A DNA stretch of 64,000 nucleotides from Octopus vulgaris (taxonomy: Eukaryota). The stretch spans positions 15,438,001-15,502,000 of the forward strand of contig OX597839.1 of NCBI GenBank assembly GCA_951406725.2, in the 5' to 3' direction. Shown piece after piece: positions 16,253 through 29,765 of this stretch (within the stretch, counting starts at the first letter, position 1; each line of letters opens with the position of its first letter). Under the pieces are notes generated by a model, which was given only the letters and a program-made list of their open reading frames with translations, had not been told where the DNA came from and did not search any database. Position numbers and translations under genes: made by a program.

Positions 16253-16465
16253 TGTTTCACTCATTGGACTGCGGCCATGCTACTACACCATGCTGCTATA
16301 CTACCTTGAAGAGTTTAGTTCAAGAAATCTACCCCAGTACTCATTTTTTTAAAGCCTGTGTACTTATTCTATTTGTTTCATTTGCCGAACCGCCAAGTTT
16401 CGAGGACGTAAAGAAACCAACACCGGTTGTCAAGCGGTGGTGGGGGACAAAGACGCGCGCGCGCG
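16253..16465 (-). mobile_element. Diverged SINE 3' half with CATGGCC tail
   Basis: Reverse-complement similarity to 12117-12345. Confidence 0.7.
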
Positions 16466-16911
16466 CACACACACAGTCCCATTGCATGGCACCAAAATCT
16501 TGTGAATGGATTTGGTAGATGGAAACTCAAAGAAGCCCGTCGTATATGTATATCTGTATTTTTTTATTTGTTGTCCAAAAAAAACAAAAGTTCATGTCTG
16601 TTTTCGTTTCTCGTTATGGTCAAGGTTTTTTTGATGTCCTGTACCCATATATGCATGTATATGTACATATAGATGTAGCTATGTATATATTATTTATATT
16701 ATATATGTGTGAATTTTGGAGAGTCTGGAAGCGGTTGAAAAAAAAACTCACTTTGACAGAAAAAGTTAAAGGATGTTGTGGGGATAATGGTAGAATATCT
16801 CTTATGTCTAAAGGCGATGCGGGTTCAAGTTCCACGGACAGCCTTCAATATTTCGATTTTTTTTTTATTTTCAACTTAATATTTATATGCTATTTTTATA
16901 CTCTTTATTTA

Positions 16912-17283
16912 AGGCGGCACGGTTGTTAGCACGCCGGACGGAATGCTTCGCAGTATTTCGTCCGACTTGACGTTCTGAGTTCAAATTCCGCTGAGGGCGA
17001 CCTCGGCGGAATTTGATCTCAGAACGTCGCTACGGGCGGAATACCATTTCGTTTGGCGCGCTAACTGCCAGCTCGCCGCCCTTTTCAATGCTTTCTACTA
17101 ACGGCACAAGGCCTGAAATTTTGGGGTAGGAAATTAGTCGACTGCATCGACCCCAGTGTTTGACTGGTACTTAGTTTATCGACCCAAAAAGCATGAAAGG
17201 AAAAGTGAACCTCGCGCGGAGTTTGAACTCAGAACGTAGCGACGGGTGAAACACCGCTAGGCATTTCGTCCAGCTCGCCACCC
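16912..17283. mobile_element. Fold-back SINE pair (16912-17080) plus a minus-strand SINE (17090-17283)
   Basis: Two SINE 5' halves in opposite orientation joined at GAGGGCGACCTC; the next copy has tail, core and B box. Confidence 0.8.
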
Positions 17284-19728
17284 TATTAATGATAGTGGTA
17301 AGACCATAGAGGGTCTATTTCTAGCATATGGGTGTCCACTTAGTGGTCATCCCTCTTATATGTATGTAGTATAATTTTTCTATATGCTAGACCACTGGTT
17401 TTAAATTGATATTAATCAAATAAATATTTAATTTTTCACTCGTATTATTTAAGACCGATGATAAAAGTTCTTTCTATTTCTTACAAAATATTTTGTTACT
17501 AACACCATACAAATTGCTTTTATCGTTCACACCTTATGCAGAATTTATTTCTTTTTCGAATGATGCAGGCAATAACAATTTTTATACAGCTTGAAGAATT
17601 CTAATACTAAATTAATATAAAGGTTTCAAACTTATCGGCAAAATTAGTTTAAGAACATGTATGCAATTTTTTTTGCCAAAATGGGTGCTCACGCAACGAG
17701 CCTAACTGTACTAAATAGTGTTATAGTTTAATGTTATTATACAATTGGGGGCTAAAACTCAAAACAAAACGAATAATTTTAGACATACGCGTAACAATTA
17801 AGAAAAAAAAACCGAAAGGCTAAAATTTAGGGTGAGGGTTAGTGACAGGCTCAGTTTTAGACGCAGCAAATGATTTTAGCTAAATAGAGGCAATCGATTG
17901 GTTAAAATTCGAAAAATTAAACTACGTTAAACAAACAAATTACAATTTTCTCAAGAAAACCAAGAGAAAAAAATGTTTTATTTTGACACATTCTACCAGT
18001 ATACGAAGTTTAAAAGTGTTTAGTTAACTAGAAATTGTGTTGAAAACTGCTGTTCAAAAGGAAAAGATCCGAGCAAGATTGTATGGAAGACCAGCAATTA
18101 CTCATACAAAAGTCTTCCTTCATCATGCCGCCTACGTTGCAAAGGCCGATACATCTTAACGTCAGTGTCGTTGCAGAAGTTGCAAGATCGGACTAATTCG
18201 TAATTATTTTTTGCTTCTTTTAAGTAAAACTGGTACTACAGCTGAGCTGATAATCACTTCGCTGAAATTAAAATAAATAAATAAATAAATAAATGCGCAC
18301 AACTGGATGTAAAGTCACGAATGGATTAAATTAAGCGCAACTCTGTTGGATGCGGTGTTTATCATCATCTTCCTTATCATTGTTTCCAATTTTAGTGTGT
18401 TTATAACTGATACAAAATACAGTCCTTTCTGTAAACGGTTCTATATTTATCACAAAGAAATCCTCTTGTTTCCTGTCAGTGTTCCCCGTCTCTTTGTCTC
18501 ATTAACAGCAATCTGGTTTTATTTTATCCTTTCCCTGACAGTAATGTTATGTCGATAAAGTTTCAAACACGGTATGGAAAAGGATGCTTATTAATCTTAC
18601 AGAGTGGGTAATATTTCACTTTCTCTATAACTTCCGTTTCTTTTTCGGAAGTATAATTTAAAATAAAAAAAAGTACAGTTAAAAGGAAATTGTTAAAAAA
18701 ACGCCCTCCTCGGAATTTTAGGGCAAAGGTTTTTCAAATGACGCCCAATATTAAGCATTTAAATTCCGAACGGAGAACATTCAAGAAAAAAATACTAAAT
18801 CTTGCTTTTGTTTCTCACTGCAACCATTTCCTGTGTCTGCTCAGTATCTGTTTTCGTACACGACATTTCCTCATCGTTTCTTCATGGTTTCTCGTCATTT
18901 CCTCCTTTGCGGCACTCGGTTGTTTTTTTGTTTTGTTTGTTTATCTTTTTTTCCTGTATCACAAGTTGTACACGAGTATTCCAATAACATACTTAACATC
19001 CAACGAGAGACAATTTTCAAAAGTACCGATGTAGATTCTAAGTAGTCGCTTGACCTGTTCAACGTTATTGCAGTCAAATTATGTGATAAGTCCTTTAACC
19101 TGTTAAGTCAGTGGTAAACCATGAAGACTTCCTCTTCGTGCACCTTCCTCCTCACACACACACACAACGTTTTCTTCCTTGACTAAGGACCTCATCTGCA
19201 ACATCTCATTTTAGTTCATCTCACGGCTACAACAAGTACTTCTCTTTCTTTTCGTGAGAATTCGTGCTGCTCTTATCATGGGTATGACTTTAAACAGCAT
19301 CCAATATGGGAACTCTAGTTCGGGAATTACAGATAGACCGCTTCCGACAAGCAGAGGTCAATGTAGTGTCGATAGAACTCACACGAATCAGTCTAGTGAC
19401 TTTTACAGATGCAGTAATGGGAGATGGGGTGCAACACCATCCAAGATGCAGGAAGAGCATTCTCTTATGGACTTCACCAGAGCTTTGCAGAGAATCAACA
19501 ACTGATCAGGTTTGAAGTACTTTCAGTCTCCGAAGAGAAAAACCAATCTTTGTGATAGAATCTTTGATGAATTAAGGACTTGTGCTCACCGAGAGAGAGT
19601 CTTGGTGGTGGTGAGACCTAGCACTTAAAGCGATTGTGATAGTTCAGCTGCATGCTGTTCACATTTAAAAAGCACAAGTGATTTACCCTTATGTTTTATT
19701 GTATATAGTAACTGTGTCCTTTTGCTCT

Positions 19729-21426
19729 TGTAACGAACTTAGTGTGTGTGAATATATTCTCTTTTACGTCTGCGTCTTGTTGTTTCTGACTGGTAGAATT
19801 CTGGATTATTAAAGCAACGGCTAGTGATTGCTTTCTTGTACCCCGAAAGTACAAGAGAATATATTCACACACACTAAGTTCGTTACAAGAGCTTTGCCAG
19901 ACCAAAAAACAGCAAGAATATGCCAGTGGTTGAGCGATTATATGCCTCGTTCGTACAGGAACAAAAGTATGGCATGCTGGCGCGTTATAATGGACAAACA
20001 ACCCTCTCTATGTATACGTGACCGACCTAGGGTCTATAGAAATGAGGTGTGTCCACAAAAGGCAAATTCAGCATGGAAAAAAAACAAGCGAGAAAAGCAT
20101 GTGTGACGTATGTATGTGAGAGATAGCATTTATGTATGTGTACGTGTGTGCGACAAAAATACAACAAGGTGAAATGCGAGCAAAAATAAAAAAAATACAG
20201 CGCATAGAAAAAATGTCTCTCGGGGCTATTCCAGACAAGAGTTAATTTACCAGTCTGTAATAGCCTGATGCACAATAGCAGTTCGTTCTGTAACAGAATG
20301 TTGAAATCACAAATGCAGATGCCGGTTGAACACAATGTGTAGCGGTTGTAGCTTCGATGCTGTGACAGGTTAACTGGGTACAGAAGAAATCACGTAGATA
20401 GACGGTGCTGTTAATCCTTGGTGTGCATATGCACATACAGCATGCACGCTAAAGCTCCGCGAGTTGCTATGTACATCTTGTGGCGGTCGACGGTGTTGAA
20501 AGGCGACGGTGGTGGTGGCGACTGTAGTGGACTTGAGACAACATCGTTCTTAGTGATGATGGCGACGAAGATAACGACGACGTGAAGTAGAAAGACGACG
20601 ATGGCGATGACGAAGGTGGAGAAAAGGCATCGTTGATGTGATGGCGTTCGTCATCATGTTGAAGAATAAAAAGGTTCCTTCTATAACTGTTTGTGGTGAC
20701 CGGAAAACAAATCGTCGAAAGATGAATACGTAGAGTTAATCGTGTTCCGACTTCGCAGAAAAACTGGATTTTTTTTGTTGTTCAGTGATCTCTGGTTTTA
20801 GACCAGAATCACGTCGGGGTCACCAGTGTAACGAACTTAGTGTGTGTGAATATATTCTCTTGTACTTTCGGGGTACAAGAAAGCAATCACTAGCCGTTGC
20901 TTTAATAATCCAGAATTCTACCTGTCAGAAACAACAAGACGCAGACGTAAAAGATATATATACTACTTTATTCTCTAATGTGGTAACAGTAACAATAAGT
21001 GGTTATCTGGTATCCCTTTGGTATAAATGTGTCAGCGCTGAACCTTATCGCTGTAAAATAAGAAAGTGTTCAAATGCAAAACGACACTGGTCAAAGATGG
21101 CGTCCGGAACAGGGAGATGTGGTCTGCAACAATTTGGTGAAAACCTTCGGCCGACTGCTATCAGAGCTGGACAGCGAGAAAATATACGTCCGTCGCCTTC
21201 GGTCGCTGCTGTCCCAAGTCGCCGCTGACTGCTGCTAGTGGTCAAACGTTCTACGACCCCCTTGCCTTGGCTAACTACCACGTAGGCAAAAGGGTCGTGC
21301 TTCCGGTGGTTCGCGCATGCGCGAGAGGGCCCTTCCTTTCTGTGCCTTGGTGAAGGCACCAACACTCGCACGCGCGAAATAGAAAATGGACGGTGCGCGC
21401 GCGCGCACCGTTATAGGATCACTACA
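19729..21426 (-). mobile_element. Internally deleted LTR retrotransposon (gypsy-like)
   Basis: 5' LTR 20827-21426 (TG..CA, AATAAA), followed by a PBS. 3' LTR reduced to a rearranged remnant at 19729-19886. 4-bp TSD CTCT at 19725-19728 and 21427-21430. Confidence 0.8.
20808..20825 (-). promoter_or_regulatory. Primer binding site complementary to tRNA-Trp
   Basis: TGGTGACCCCGACGTGAT, 1 nt after the LTR end, complementary to the 3' end of eukaryotic tRNA-Trp (..ATCACGTCGGGGTCACCA). Confidence 0.85.
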
Positions 21427-21934
21427 CTCTTAAAAGTGACGAAATTGAAGTTCGGGGATGTTTTTGACGTTTCTATTCATGCAATCAGAGATTTAGCGTA
21501 AGGTGTTGGTGAAAAAGATTAAGAAGCAATGAAGGGTGGTAGGAATAGGCGGTGTTGAAAGCGACGGCAAGTAGGCAGTTGATGTTTGCTTTTCGCGAAG
21601 CGTAAGTTATCTGCCAATTTTCTATATTTTTTGCTCCTTACAGAATTGTCTCTTGCTAACACAATCGTCTGATGTTCATGTTAGGTATGTTATTGGAATA
21701 CTTTTAAACAACTTTTTACATAGAAAGAGAACTGCCTAGTGTCGTGAAGGTGGAAATCAAGGAAAAAAAACAAAGAGAAGATGTAAATGAGGAAAACTGC
21801 ATGTTAGCATTCGAACTGCTAAAAATAGCAAACAAATATCCCTCAGATCATACTTTATACCTGCTAAGCACTTAATCCTGCGTGCTAACAGTTCCGCCAG
21901 CTCACTACCCTAATTTTTTTTTCCCTTTTCCTTC

Positions 21935-22120
21935 TTTCTACTTTAGGCACAAGCCCTGAAATTTTGTGGGGGGGGGGACTAGGCCATTACATCAACACCT
22001 ATGTCCAACTGGTATTATCTTATCGACCTCGAAAAGAAGAAAAGCAAACTCGACGTCGGCGGAATTTGAATTCGGAACGTTAAGAAATGCCGCTAAACAT
22101 TTTGCCCGGCGTGCTAACGT
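21935..22120 (-). mobile_element. tRNA-derived SINE copy
   Basis: Same B box, core and tail as the 15510-16220 copies. Confidence 0.75.
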
Positions 22121-22157
22121 TTATTAGAAGGCAGTGAGTCAGCAGAATTGGTAGCAC

Positions 22158-24146
22158 ACTTCCGGTGTTTCACAAGGTGTACGTGAGTCAGTTTGACGGT
22201 GATTTTCAGTGTAAACATCGTTTTGTTTTTGTTCAGTGTTTTTTAAAAACCCTTTGTTAATTGTTTTTGTGCTGCTTTGCAACTATTTAGGAAAGAATTC
22301 CGCCCGTCCCCCCCCCCCCACACTCCATTTTCTCCCAAATTTGTTTATTTTTGTAATTTTTTTTTTTTTGCCAAAAATCCCCGTTTTTGGATACGGAAGT
22401 TCCGGAAAATTGTCAAAAATCGGCATTGTGAAATTCTGCCCCGCGCCTTTTACCCCCAACTTCTTCAATTTTTACCTTTTCCCCCAACACTAGCCCTAAA
22501 ACCGTAACCGTAAATACAGAAATGTTTTGAAATTTTTGTCCGAATCATGATGTCCGTATTTTTCCGCATATTTAGAAAAAAATTTCTTAAAAATAAATTT
22601 TACAATGATTTTTGGAAATTTTTTTCAGAATCATAATCTCAGTATTTTTCTGCATATTTGGGGGTGAGGGTGATAATTTAGAAATGAAGTCTGTGTTTTT
22701 TCAGACCTTAGTTGGTCTGAACTATCGCCGTCAGAAGAAGAACTGCTTAGAGCAGTAGGAAAAATGGATGAAATAATTAAGAAAGATGAAAAAAAGAAAA
22801 ACTTCGCGGAAGTGACAAGACAGAAGGAAGAGCAGATTAACAACAAGAGAATCAGTAATTTTTAAAATTTGACCTGTAGAGAGTTTTACAACGTGGAGTT
22901 GTCCCCTCCAAAGGAAACGTTGGAAGGTATCAGAAAAAAAAAACAATTACATACAAAACATTCTCAACGAAAGCAGGTAGGATTGAAAATATAAATACAT
23001 GCCAAATAGAAAACGTACTAAGACCCATGTGGCAGGATATAGTCTTTGTAAGGAGAGGAACGAGATTTGGTACAGTGGCGGTGAGGTTTGCAAAAGAACA
23101 AAACGCAAAGAAACAGGCAGCAAAGACAAAGAACGAAAAAGAGGTGATGTTGCCATATAAGTATATGGGCAGAAGGGTAACAAGGATAAAGTTGAAGGTA
23201 TTCCACCAGAAATAGACGTGATCTGGGTAGCGGCCACAGTCCTCAAAGGAAGTGAGGACGATATAGCGGTGCTTCAAGCCACAGGAACCAGATGTGGAGG
23301 GGAAAGACACTCAAGATAACAGCGCACGCATCAGCAGTAACCTTGGAAACGATAACAGAAATGGTCTTGTTTGATGAAGCAGAGATGAGGATCAAGGTGA
23401 AGGGCAGAGTCCCAAGATGCTACAAATGTGATCTAAAGGGCCACATTAGAGCGGACTACCCTTCACCGCCCGAGAAAAAAGTGGAAAAACAGTTGAAGAA
23501 AGCAGAGAAACCTGCAGAGATATTAGAAAAAGAGGAAGAGAAACTACCAGAAGAAGAAGCATGGTAAGTTTGAACTCTTAACCCCACCCCACCTATACCC
23601 TCTCAGATCCTCTCTTTCCCCATATACACCGAGCCTACCCATTCCCCTCCGACACGAAAACAAAAAAAAGCATACACACAAGATCTCTAACTCCCCCCCC
23701 CCCGACAAAAAAGACATGTCCAGTAATCATGATTGACGATTCAAACGAGGATTTGTGTAAAGAAATACTCAAGTTGGATGACTTTAAGGCGGTGGGAACC
23801 GAAGGGTTTGATAATGTTAAGACGCCGCACCATTGTGTGCTACCTACGGAAGAACTGTTGGAGAGATTACGGAAACATAAAAGTGGATATAGGTGGTGGG
23901 AGATAGAGATGGATAGGAAGGAGCTACCGGGATTTTCGACATACGTTGAGGACATTCTAGAAGGAACAGGGTACAAAAATGTGATAAAGGGTAGAAATGG
24001 GGTCGTCCAGAAGTGGGGCTGAGTGACCCCATTCCATTTATTCATTTTCACGTTATCATTCATTTTGTCAGACGTTTGTTTTCTTCATTCGTCGTTCTCT
24101 TCCCCACCTGTGATGTGTTGGCTCCCTGGTGGACAATAAAGAATCA
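22158..24146 (+). mobile_element. ORF1-only L1/Tx1-like retroelement inserted into a SINE head
   Basis: 14-bp TSD AGAAT(T/C)GGTAGCAC at 22144-22157 and 24147-24160; decayed gag-like frame; AATAAA at the 3' end; no RT. Confidence 0.7.
22766..24022 (+). pseudogene. Degenerate ORF1/gag-like protein (RRM-like segment + zinc knuckle)
   Basis: Fragments FVRRGTRFGTVAVRF and VKGRVPRCYKCDLKGHIRADY (CCHC knuckle with the last C lost), then a Glu/Lys-rich tract; frameshifts and stops. Confidence 0.65.
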
Positions 24147-24362
24147 AGAATCGGTAGCACGCCGGATAAAATCCCCAGTGACATTTCGTCCGCCTTTACG
24201 TTCTGAATTCAAATTCCGCTATGGTTGACTTTGATTATCATCCTTCCGTTATCGATAAAATAAGTACCAGTCGAGCACTTGAGTCGATATAACCGACCAT
24301 TCTTATCTCCCACCCCAACCCCAAATTTTAGGCTTTGTGCTTTTATTGAAAAGAATTATTAT
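24147..24362 (+). mobile_element. Remainder of the interrupted tRNA-derived SINE (head at 22128-22157)
   Basis: TAGCACGCCGG..GAATTCAAATTCCGC..AAGTACCAGT..AGAATTATTATT. Confidence 0.8.
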
Positions 24363-26112
24363 TTGAGTAACGGATACAAAAATACTTCACAGACAAAACC
24401 AAATTAGTAGTTGAAGATAAAGAATACTGCAGCACTTGAAGTCTTGGTTAGTAATATGTGAGTCTTAGGTGTATAACTTTTTTATGTCATCAGAAGTATC
24501 AATCAATATAAAGGCAGGCATTGCTACCACAACATTATTAGAAATAGTAGATTAAATTCCACAAGACTGAGCGACGTAGAGCAAAAAGTGAGATGCTGTC
24601 TAATCAAAGCTGCAGCTTCATTTTCGTTCTTATTTGAAGCCCTTTTCATTTTCACGAGGCCTGTAATATTGTGGGGAAGGAACACGAATGTGTAAATATC
24701 GGACGTTTTGCTAAACAAAAAAATAACCAAGTTAATGTCTTTTCTTCAATGCATGATTATTTCCAGTTTTTACTTAACGCTCACTTCGTTAAGTATTGTC
24801 ACAAACATCACTGTTGTTTTTCACTGTTTGATTTATTTCACTTTTTAATATGTTGATTTTTCACGCATAATCACGTACCTCTTCTGATTGCTTCGCTCAT
24901 CACTACTTAGTTATGCAACAAACATACAGCAAAGTATATGCTTCGTTAAGATCTACTCCTACAGAAACATGTGCAGAGCTGGCTTTTATACATGTCAAAA
25001 TGACCAAAATAATATTAATCATTGAGCTAATGATGAATTTTCTCCTTACCGCATAATCATTCCTAATTAGTTTTTTTTTTAATCTTATTTTTTCCCATAA
25101 ACGTTGAGGTCATTCTGTGTCAAAGGGCTTTAACTCTGTTCAAACTAAGGGAGAAAACTGTTTCGTTATTGGTGCTTCGTTACCTTAGTAACAAGCAACC
25201 ACCAAGCGTTGTTAATTGCCCTGGTGAAATCTTTATTCGAAATTAAACAACAAACTGTTTGTTTTTGTTAGGTATGTATTTACTATAAAGCCCATAGTGT
25301 GTTGCTGCTAAGATATCAATTCTTTTGAGAGACTGCTGTAGAAACTGTTCCAAATTCAAACGATTATATATATATATGTGTGTGTGTATATGTATCTCAA
25401 TTGCTAATATAGCAAATGAAAGCTTGTCTGTTTTGTTTTGTTATTTTATTTTGCTATTCTTGGACCTCTTGAGTAGGTGTGTGTTTCTACGATTTCGAGT
25501 GCATGAATGTTTGAAATTCTCGTAAGACTGACTTGTACGTCTATAATATACAAGGTAGTATAAACACATTTGTTTGTGAGTTTCAGTTCCAAAGACTGAG
25601 TTGAAATAATCTTAAACCTGAGAATGTGTGCGTGCCTTGGAGTGTGTTGTATGTTTTAGTATATAAACTGCCGTATTGTATTGCATTTAAACTTTATCAT
25701 AAATAAATAAGTATTTATTTATTCATTCATTTGGTATGTATATTTGTATTTCGTATGTCTATACTTATTCTCTGTTAAAGTAATGGTTTTGTCGAACATC
25801 CAACGTGCACTATCTTATGAGTATATTTGCATTTTTGTTATGTTCAAATCTCACCTGAGATAGTTTTGGGCCTTTCATTCCCTGGATCAAGGCATGTACT
25901 GGAATCCATTTAATCGACTAAACCTACCTCCAAATTTCTAGCCTTGTTGCTCGGGCAGAATTCAGTTTGAGGGAGATTTGATTGCCACTTTTTGCGGGTC
26001 GAATGACCACTTGAGGGCGTCTCCATTATTTGTATTATGGTTTGATATATTCATAGAACAATTTCGTAGAAACCATGCTCTAAAGTTGTTCCTGATTTAA
26101 CCTCAGCTTTAT

Positions 26113-26410
26113 TCATCATCATCATCATTTAACGTCCGTTCTCCATGCTAGTACGGGTTGGACGGTTCGACCGGGGATCTGGGAAGCCAGAAGGCTGCAC
26201 CAGGCCCCAGTCTGATCTGGCAGTGTTTCTACAGCTGGATGCCCTTCCTAACGCCAACCACTCCATGAGTGTAGTGGGTGCCTTTTACGTGCCTGGCGAG
26301 GCTGGCAACGGCCACGATCGGATTGGTGCTTTTTACGTGCCACTGGCACGGAAGCCAGTCAAGGTGGCGCTGGCATCGACCACGTTTGGATGGTGCTTTT
26401 TACGTGCCGG
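26113..26410 (-). mobile_element. Short retroposon with RTE-type 3' end and (GAT)n tail
   Basis: GGCGTTAGGAAGGGCATCCAGCTGTAGAAAC..GGACGTTAAATGATGATG; relatives at 50087, 50810 and 60830. Confidence 0.7.
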
Positions 26411-26729
26411 GTTTTAAATTCTAGTTGCTTGTATTGACTTCACTTTTCACCCCTTGTGGGGTTATGTAACACTCTTGCACATAAATAGCCAGTGGTGATA
26501 TGGCTTTTAGACAAGATAAAAAAACATTTCAGTTTTCTGAGTTCTTTCACATTTTCTCTTATATTTCAATGATCACAGTATAGTATCATGATCTAGTCAT
26601 ATGGTATTTAACTTACAAAACAATGTCGTGATTCAGTATTGTAGAAACCTCTCTATCTAGCTAGATTTCTATATTTCTTTGTCTTTCTGGAACATATATC
26701 TTCTCTTGTTAACAATCATTAAAGGGTCT

Positions 26730-26890
26730 TGTGGTATTTATTCCAGTTCTATGTTCTGAGTTCAAATCCTACAAAGGTTAATTTTGCCTTTGATCTTTCC
26801 ATGAACAATAAAATAAAAAGTACCAGAATAGATTTGATTGTTTACTTCCCGCAAATTTCTAATCTTGTGTTTATGTAAGAAATTATTATT
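26730..26890 (+). mobile_element. Diverged tRNA-derived SINE
   Basis: GTTCTGAGTTCAAATCC, AAGTACCAG core and AGAAATTATTATT tail. Another diverged copy lies near 25835-25960. Confidence 0.6.
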
Positions 26891-28199
26891 CGCTATTTTT
26901 ACTACTATATGTTAGAGTTGAGAAAAATTAAGATATGCCATTTTATACCCTCTTTGTTGTTTCTTTACACATATATTGTGACAGTGGGCATATGCCACCA
27001 TGGCCATAAGACATAACAACAACATCAAACCATATCTTAATTAAAGAGACACATTGGAACTTGTAGTCTCAGATAACTTGGCCTTGAAAGTAAGATGGGA
27101 TTGCTACAGTTAGAGTACCTTTAGTCGTAGGTTTCCCCAATCAAAGCAGGCTGAGGGAGATAAACAACAACAACAGAACCAATGGGGAGCCTTCATATCA
27201 TTACTCATCCTGCTAGAAATTACAGTGAAATCTCCCTGAATCACACACTTCCTTCTTTACTAAATTTTGTGATGTTCAGGGCTGGAATGTCTATGGTCAC
27301 AAGTTCTCTATCAGTTAGGTCTACGTTTGGTTAAACAATAGCAACAAGTAGTTTTATGTAGTTTTAAGCAGATGACAGGTTATGAACAGCCAACTGTATT
27401 CTATCTAGCTTTTCATTCATTTGTAAATTGGTTCAACCAGAGCTGATCTGAGACTAAACAGACATATTTTTCACCAGGAAAAAGCATTATTCAAATTTAA
27501 TTTATCAATATTTATGGTATGCCACTAGCTGGCTAACTGTCTTCTAAAGCATTTCCTGTATTCTGTATCTGATATAGAATTTCAATGCCAACTCTTGAAA
27601 TATATGGGATTGAGAAATAACGAACCTTAAGGTCATTTAAAAAGGGTGCAGCTAGCTAAGCCAGTAGGGGACTGGACTGCTAGCTGAGGGCTAAAAGTTG
27701 ATACTCTGTCTACCACCTTCCTGTAACATATCTGAAATCAAAGTACCAAGTTCTCGGCAAACCAGCTGTAAGCAGGGTATCATAGGGCGGTTATAATTCA
27801 CCAGTGTAAGTGCTGGCAACTACACTGTAAGATTTACAATTGATAAGAGAAGTTACCCACAGTAGCTCAGTAATGTATCCAAGATTTCTTTCACAAAAAC
27901 AGTTAATTAAAGAGATTCATGAATGAAAATGGTGAAATGAAGAGTGTATGAGATTTCTTAATCTTTTGTGACTATATTTTTTATGTAAATGTACAGTATA
28001 TGTTTTTCAATTTATAATGGAAATAATTGGTTATCTTTCTGATATTTGTATAGCATTTTGTATTTGTTGGAATGTTTCATCATAAGGGCATGTCAATACA
28101 ATTTTATTTCTATGTCGTTTAGTGTACAGTTGTTTACCATTAGCATGCTGAGAGTGTAATGATGTAGGTTCTTTTTTTTTTCATTTCTGTACTCTTCAG

Positions 28200-29400
28200 A
28201 TATACAGATTTCATCAATAGAGGAAAATCTAGAAGATGGCTTTATAATCTCACCAACTGAGGCAATATTACCTGTACTAAAAAGCAGATTAAGGAATGGT
28301 TGATGGGGTATTAAAAGATCAGGCATTCCAGGAAAATTTAAAACATGGCTCAACCAATAAGGGCTACTCGCTAGACTCAGGTGGCTGTTGACAGAATTTT
28401 AAGAGGTTCCAATGGCAAAGGTTGAAAAAGTGGAAAGAAAGATCAAATACCTTCAAAAGTGGTTGGAGATTCCTCACTTCAGTTGACCTACATATATTAT
28501 CAAACTGCCTTTGTCATCCAGGGTGGAAGAATTCAGTATAGCAAAGTAAAGAGTTGTAATGATGTACAGAAACTGTCAGGATGAGAAGGAGTCTCCTCAA
28601 GATCACATGGACAGACCTATGGAGACAAGAACCTGTCTGCATCTCCTTCTTTCTGTAAGTAGTGTATGAAATATGTCCAGTACCAACAAATCTGCACAGA
28701 TGGGGCATGAGGAAGGCCCAGCTGTATAGGCTTTGTGGAGAGAGGGACATTTAGTCACACATCTTATTGTATAAAATAGCACTTGCCCAAGGGAGGTACA
28801 TGTGGCTCTATGACAATGTGCTCATGACACTCACTCAAAGTAAGAGATGCAAAAAAAAATAGCTGCTCCAAAGAAAAGCAACATCCATCATGTTCAGAGA
28901 GAAGGCGAAATGTTTTGACCAGAGTAAGAACAAGCAGCTTCTTGCATAAAATCCAATCATGGGACATTAGTATAGACCAGAAAGAAAGGCTGCGGTTTCC
29001 ATGGGTAATCCAGACTAACCTAAGTCTATATGTGGTTTTGTAACCTGAAGAGACAAAGAAGATAATCATGATCAAGTTACAGTCTCATGAGAAGAGTACA
29101 GCCAAATATTTGGATGTAAGAGCACCAAGTATCAGGACCATTTGTAGAATTGCAAGAAAATTAATGGCTAACATGGCTATAAAGGATTGGAAGAAAAAGG
29201 GATGGCAAGTTAGCTGGAGAGGATTTCTTGCCCAGTCAGTACAGAGAATGCTTACAAATACAGCTGCTCACAGCAAAGGAGCGATGGCAGAAAAAGCTTC
29301 TTACTGGCTACAGTGGGAGAGAGAGGAGCTGAGCTGGAAGTCAAGAGAAGATGGGCAGGGATTTGGCTATTACTGCACCAACCTGATCAATAAGAGACTG
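28200..29400 (+). pseudogene. Decayed RLE-type (NeSL/HERO/R2-group) non-LTR retrotransposon C-terminus
   Basis: Fragments SGIPGKFKTWL, ITWTDLWRQEP..PTNLHRWG..LCGERG, ALAQGRY.W.YDNVL and KKIIMIKL..WQV..RGFLAQS resemble the thumb, CCHC and RLE regions; many stops. Confidence 0.65.
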
Positions 29401-29599
29401 AGAATTTAGGGTCAAAATACTCAAAAATCATTGGATGCTTTTGGTGACATCAATCCCTCCTAAGGTGACATAATCATTCTCATTCTTATATAGGGTATTC
29501 GAGCTAAATTTGATAGTGTGTATAAAAGGAAAAGAAAACACAATATCACACCCAAAAGTAAAAGTATTTAAAAAAAATTTTTAAATATCAACAAGGATA

Positions 29600-29765
29600 T
29601 GGTTTACTCAAAGGAGTCATTCTTTAACTTCCACCACAGCCTCAAGACGACTCTGCAGCCTGGTACTTGCGTTCCTCACTGTGACCCTAGAAATATCTTC
29701 AAAGACTTCCTTGATATTGCAGGCAGAGTGGTTGATGTCTTTCTCAACTATGCCACACACCTAGT
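29600..29765 (-). pseudogene. Tc1/mariner (DD37D-like) transposase C-terminal fragment
   Basis: Minus strand VCGIVEKDINHSACNIKEVFEDISRVTVRNASTRLQSRLEAVVEVK. Confidence 0.6.

Noticed and set aside
17660-18070. Possible DNA-transposon fragment ending AAAAGATCC
   Set aside because: No matching second terminus or TSD found in the window.
19892-20800. gag gene within the LTR element interior
   Set aside because: Only short, low-complexity frames; no recognisable gag or pol motif.
23564-23606. 43-nt GTAAGT..CAG intron in the gag-like ORF
   Set aside because: Splicing creates an immediate TGA and does not restore the frame.
28170-28270. Possible host exon after a polypyrimidine tract and CAG
   Set aside because: The downstream sequence belongs to the decayed RLE-type LINE; no supporting donor or frame.
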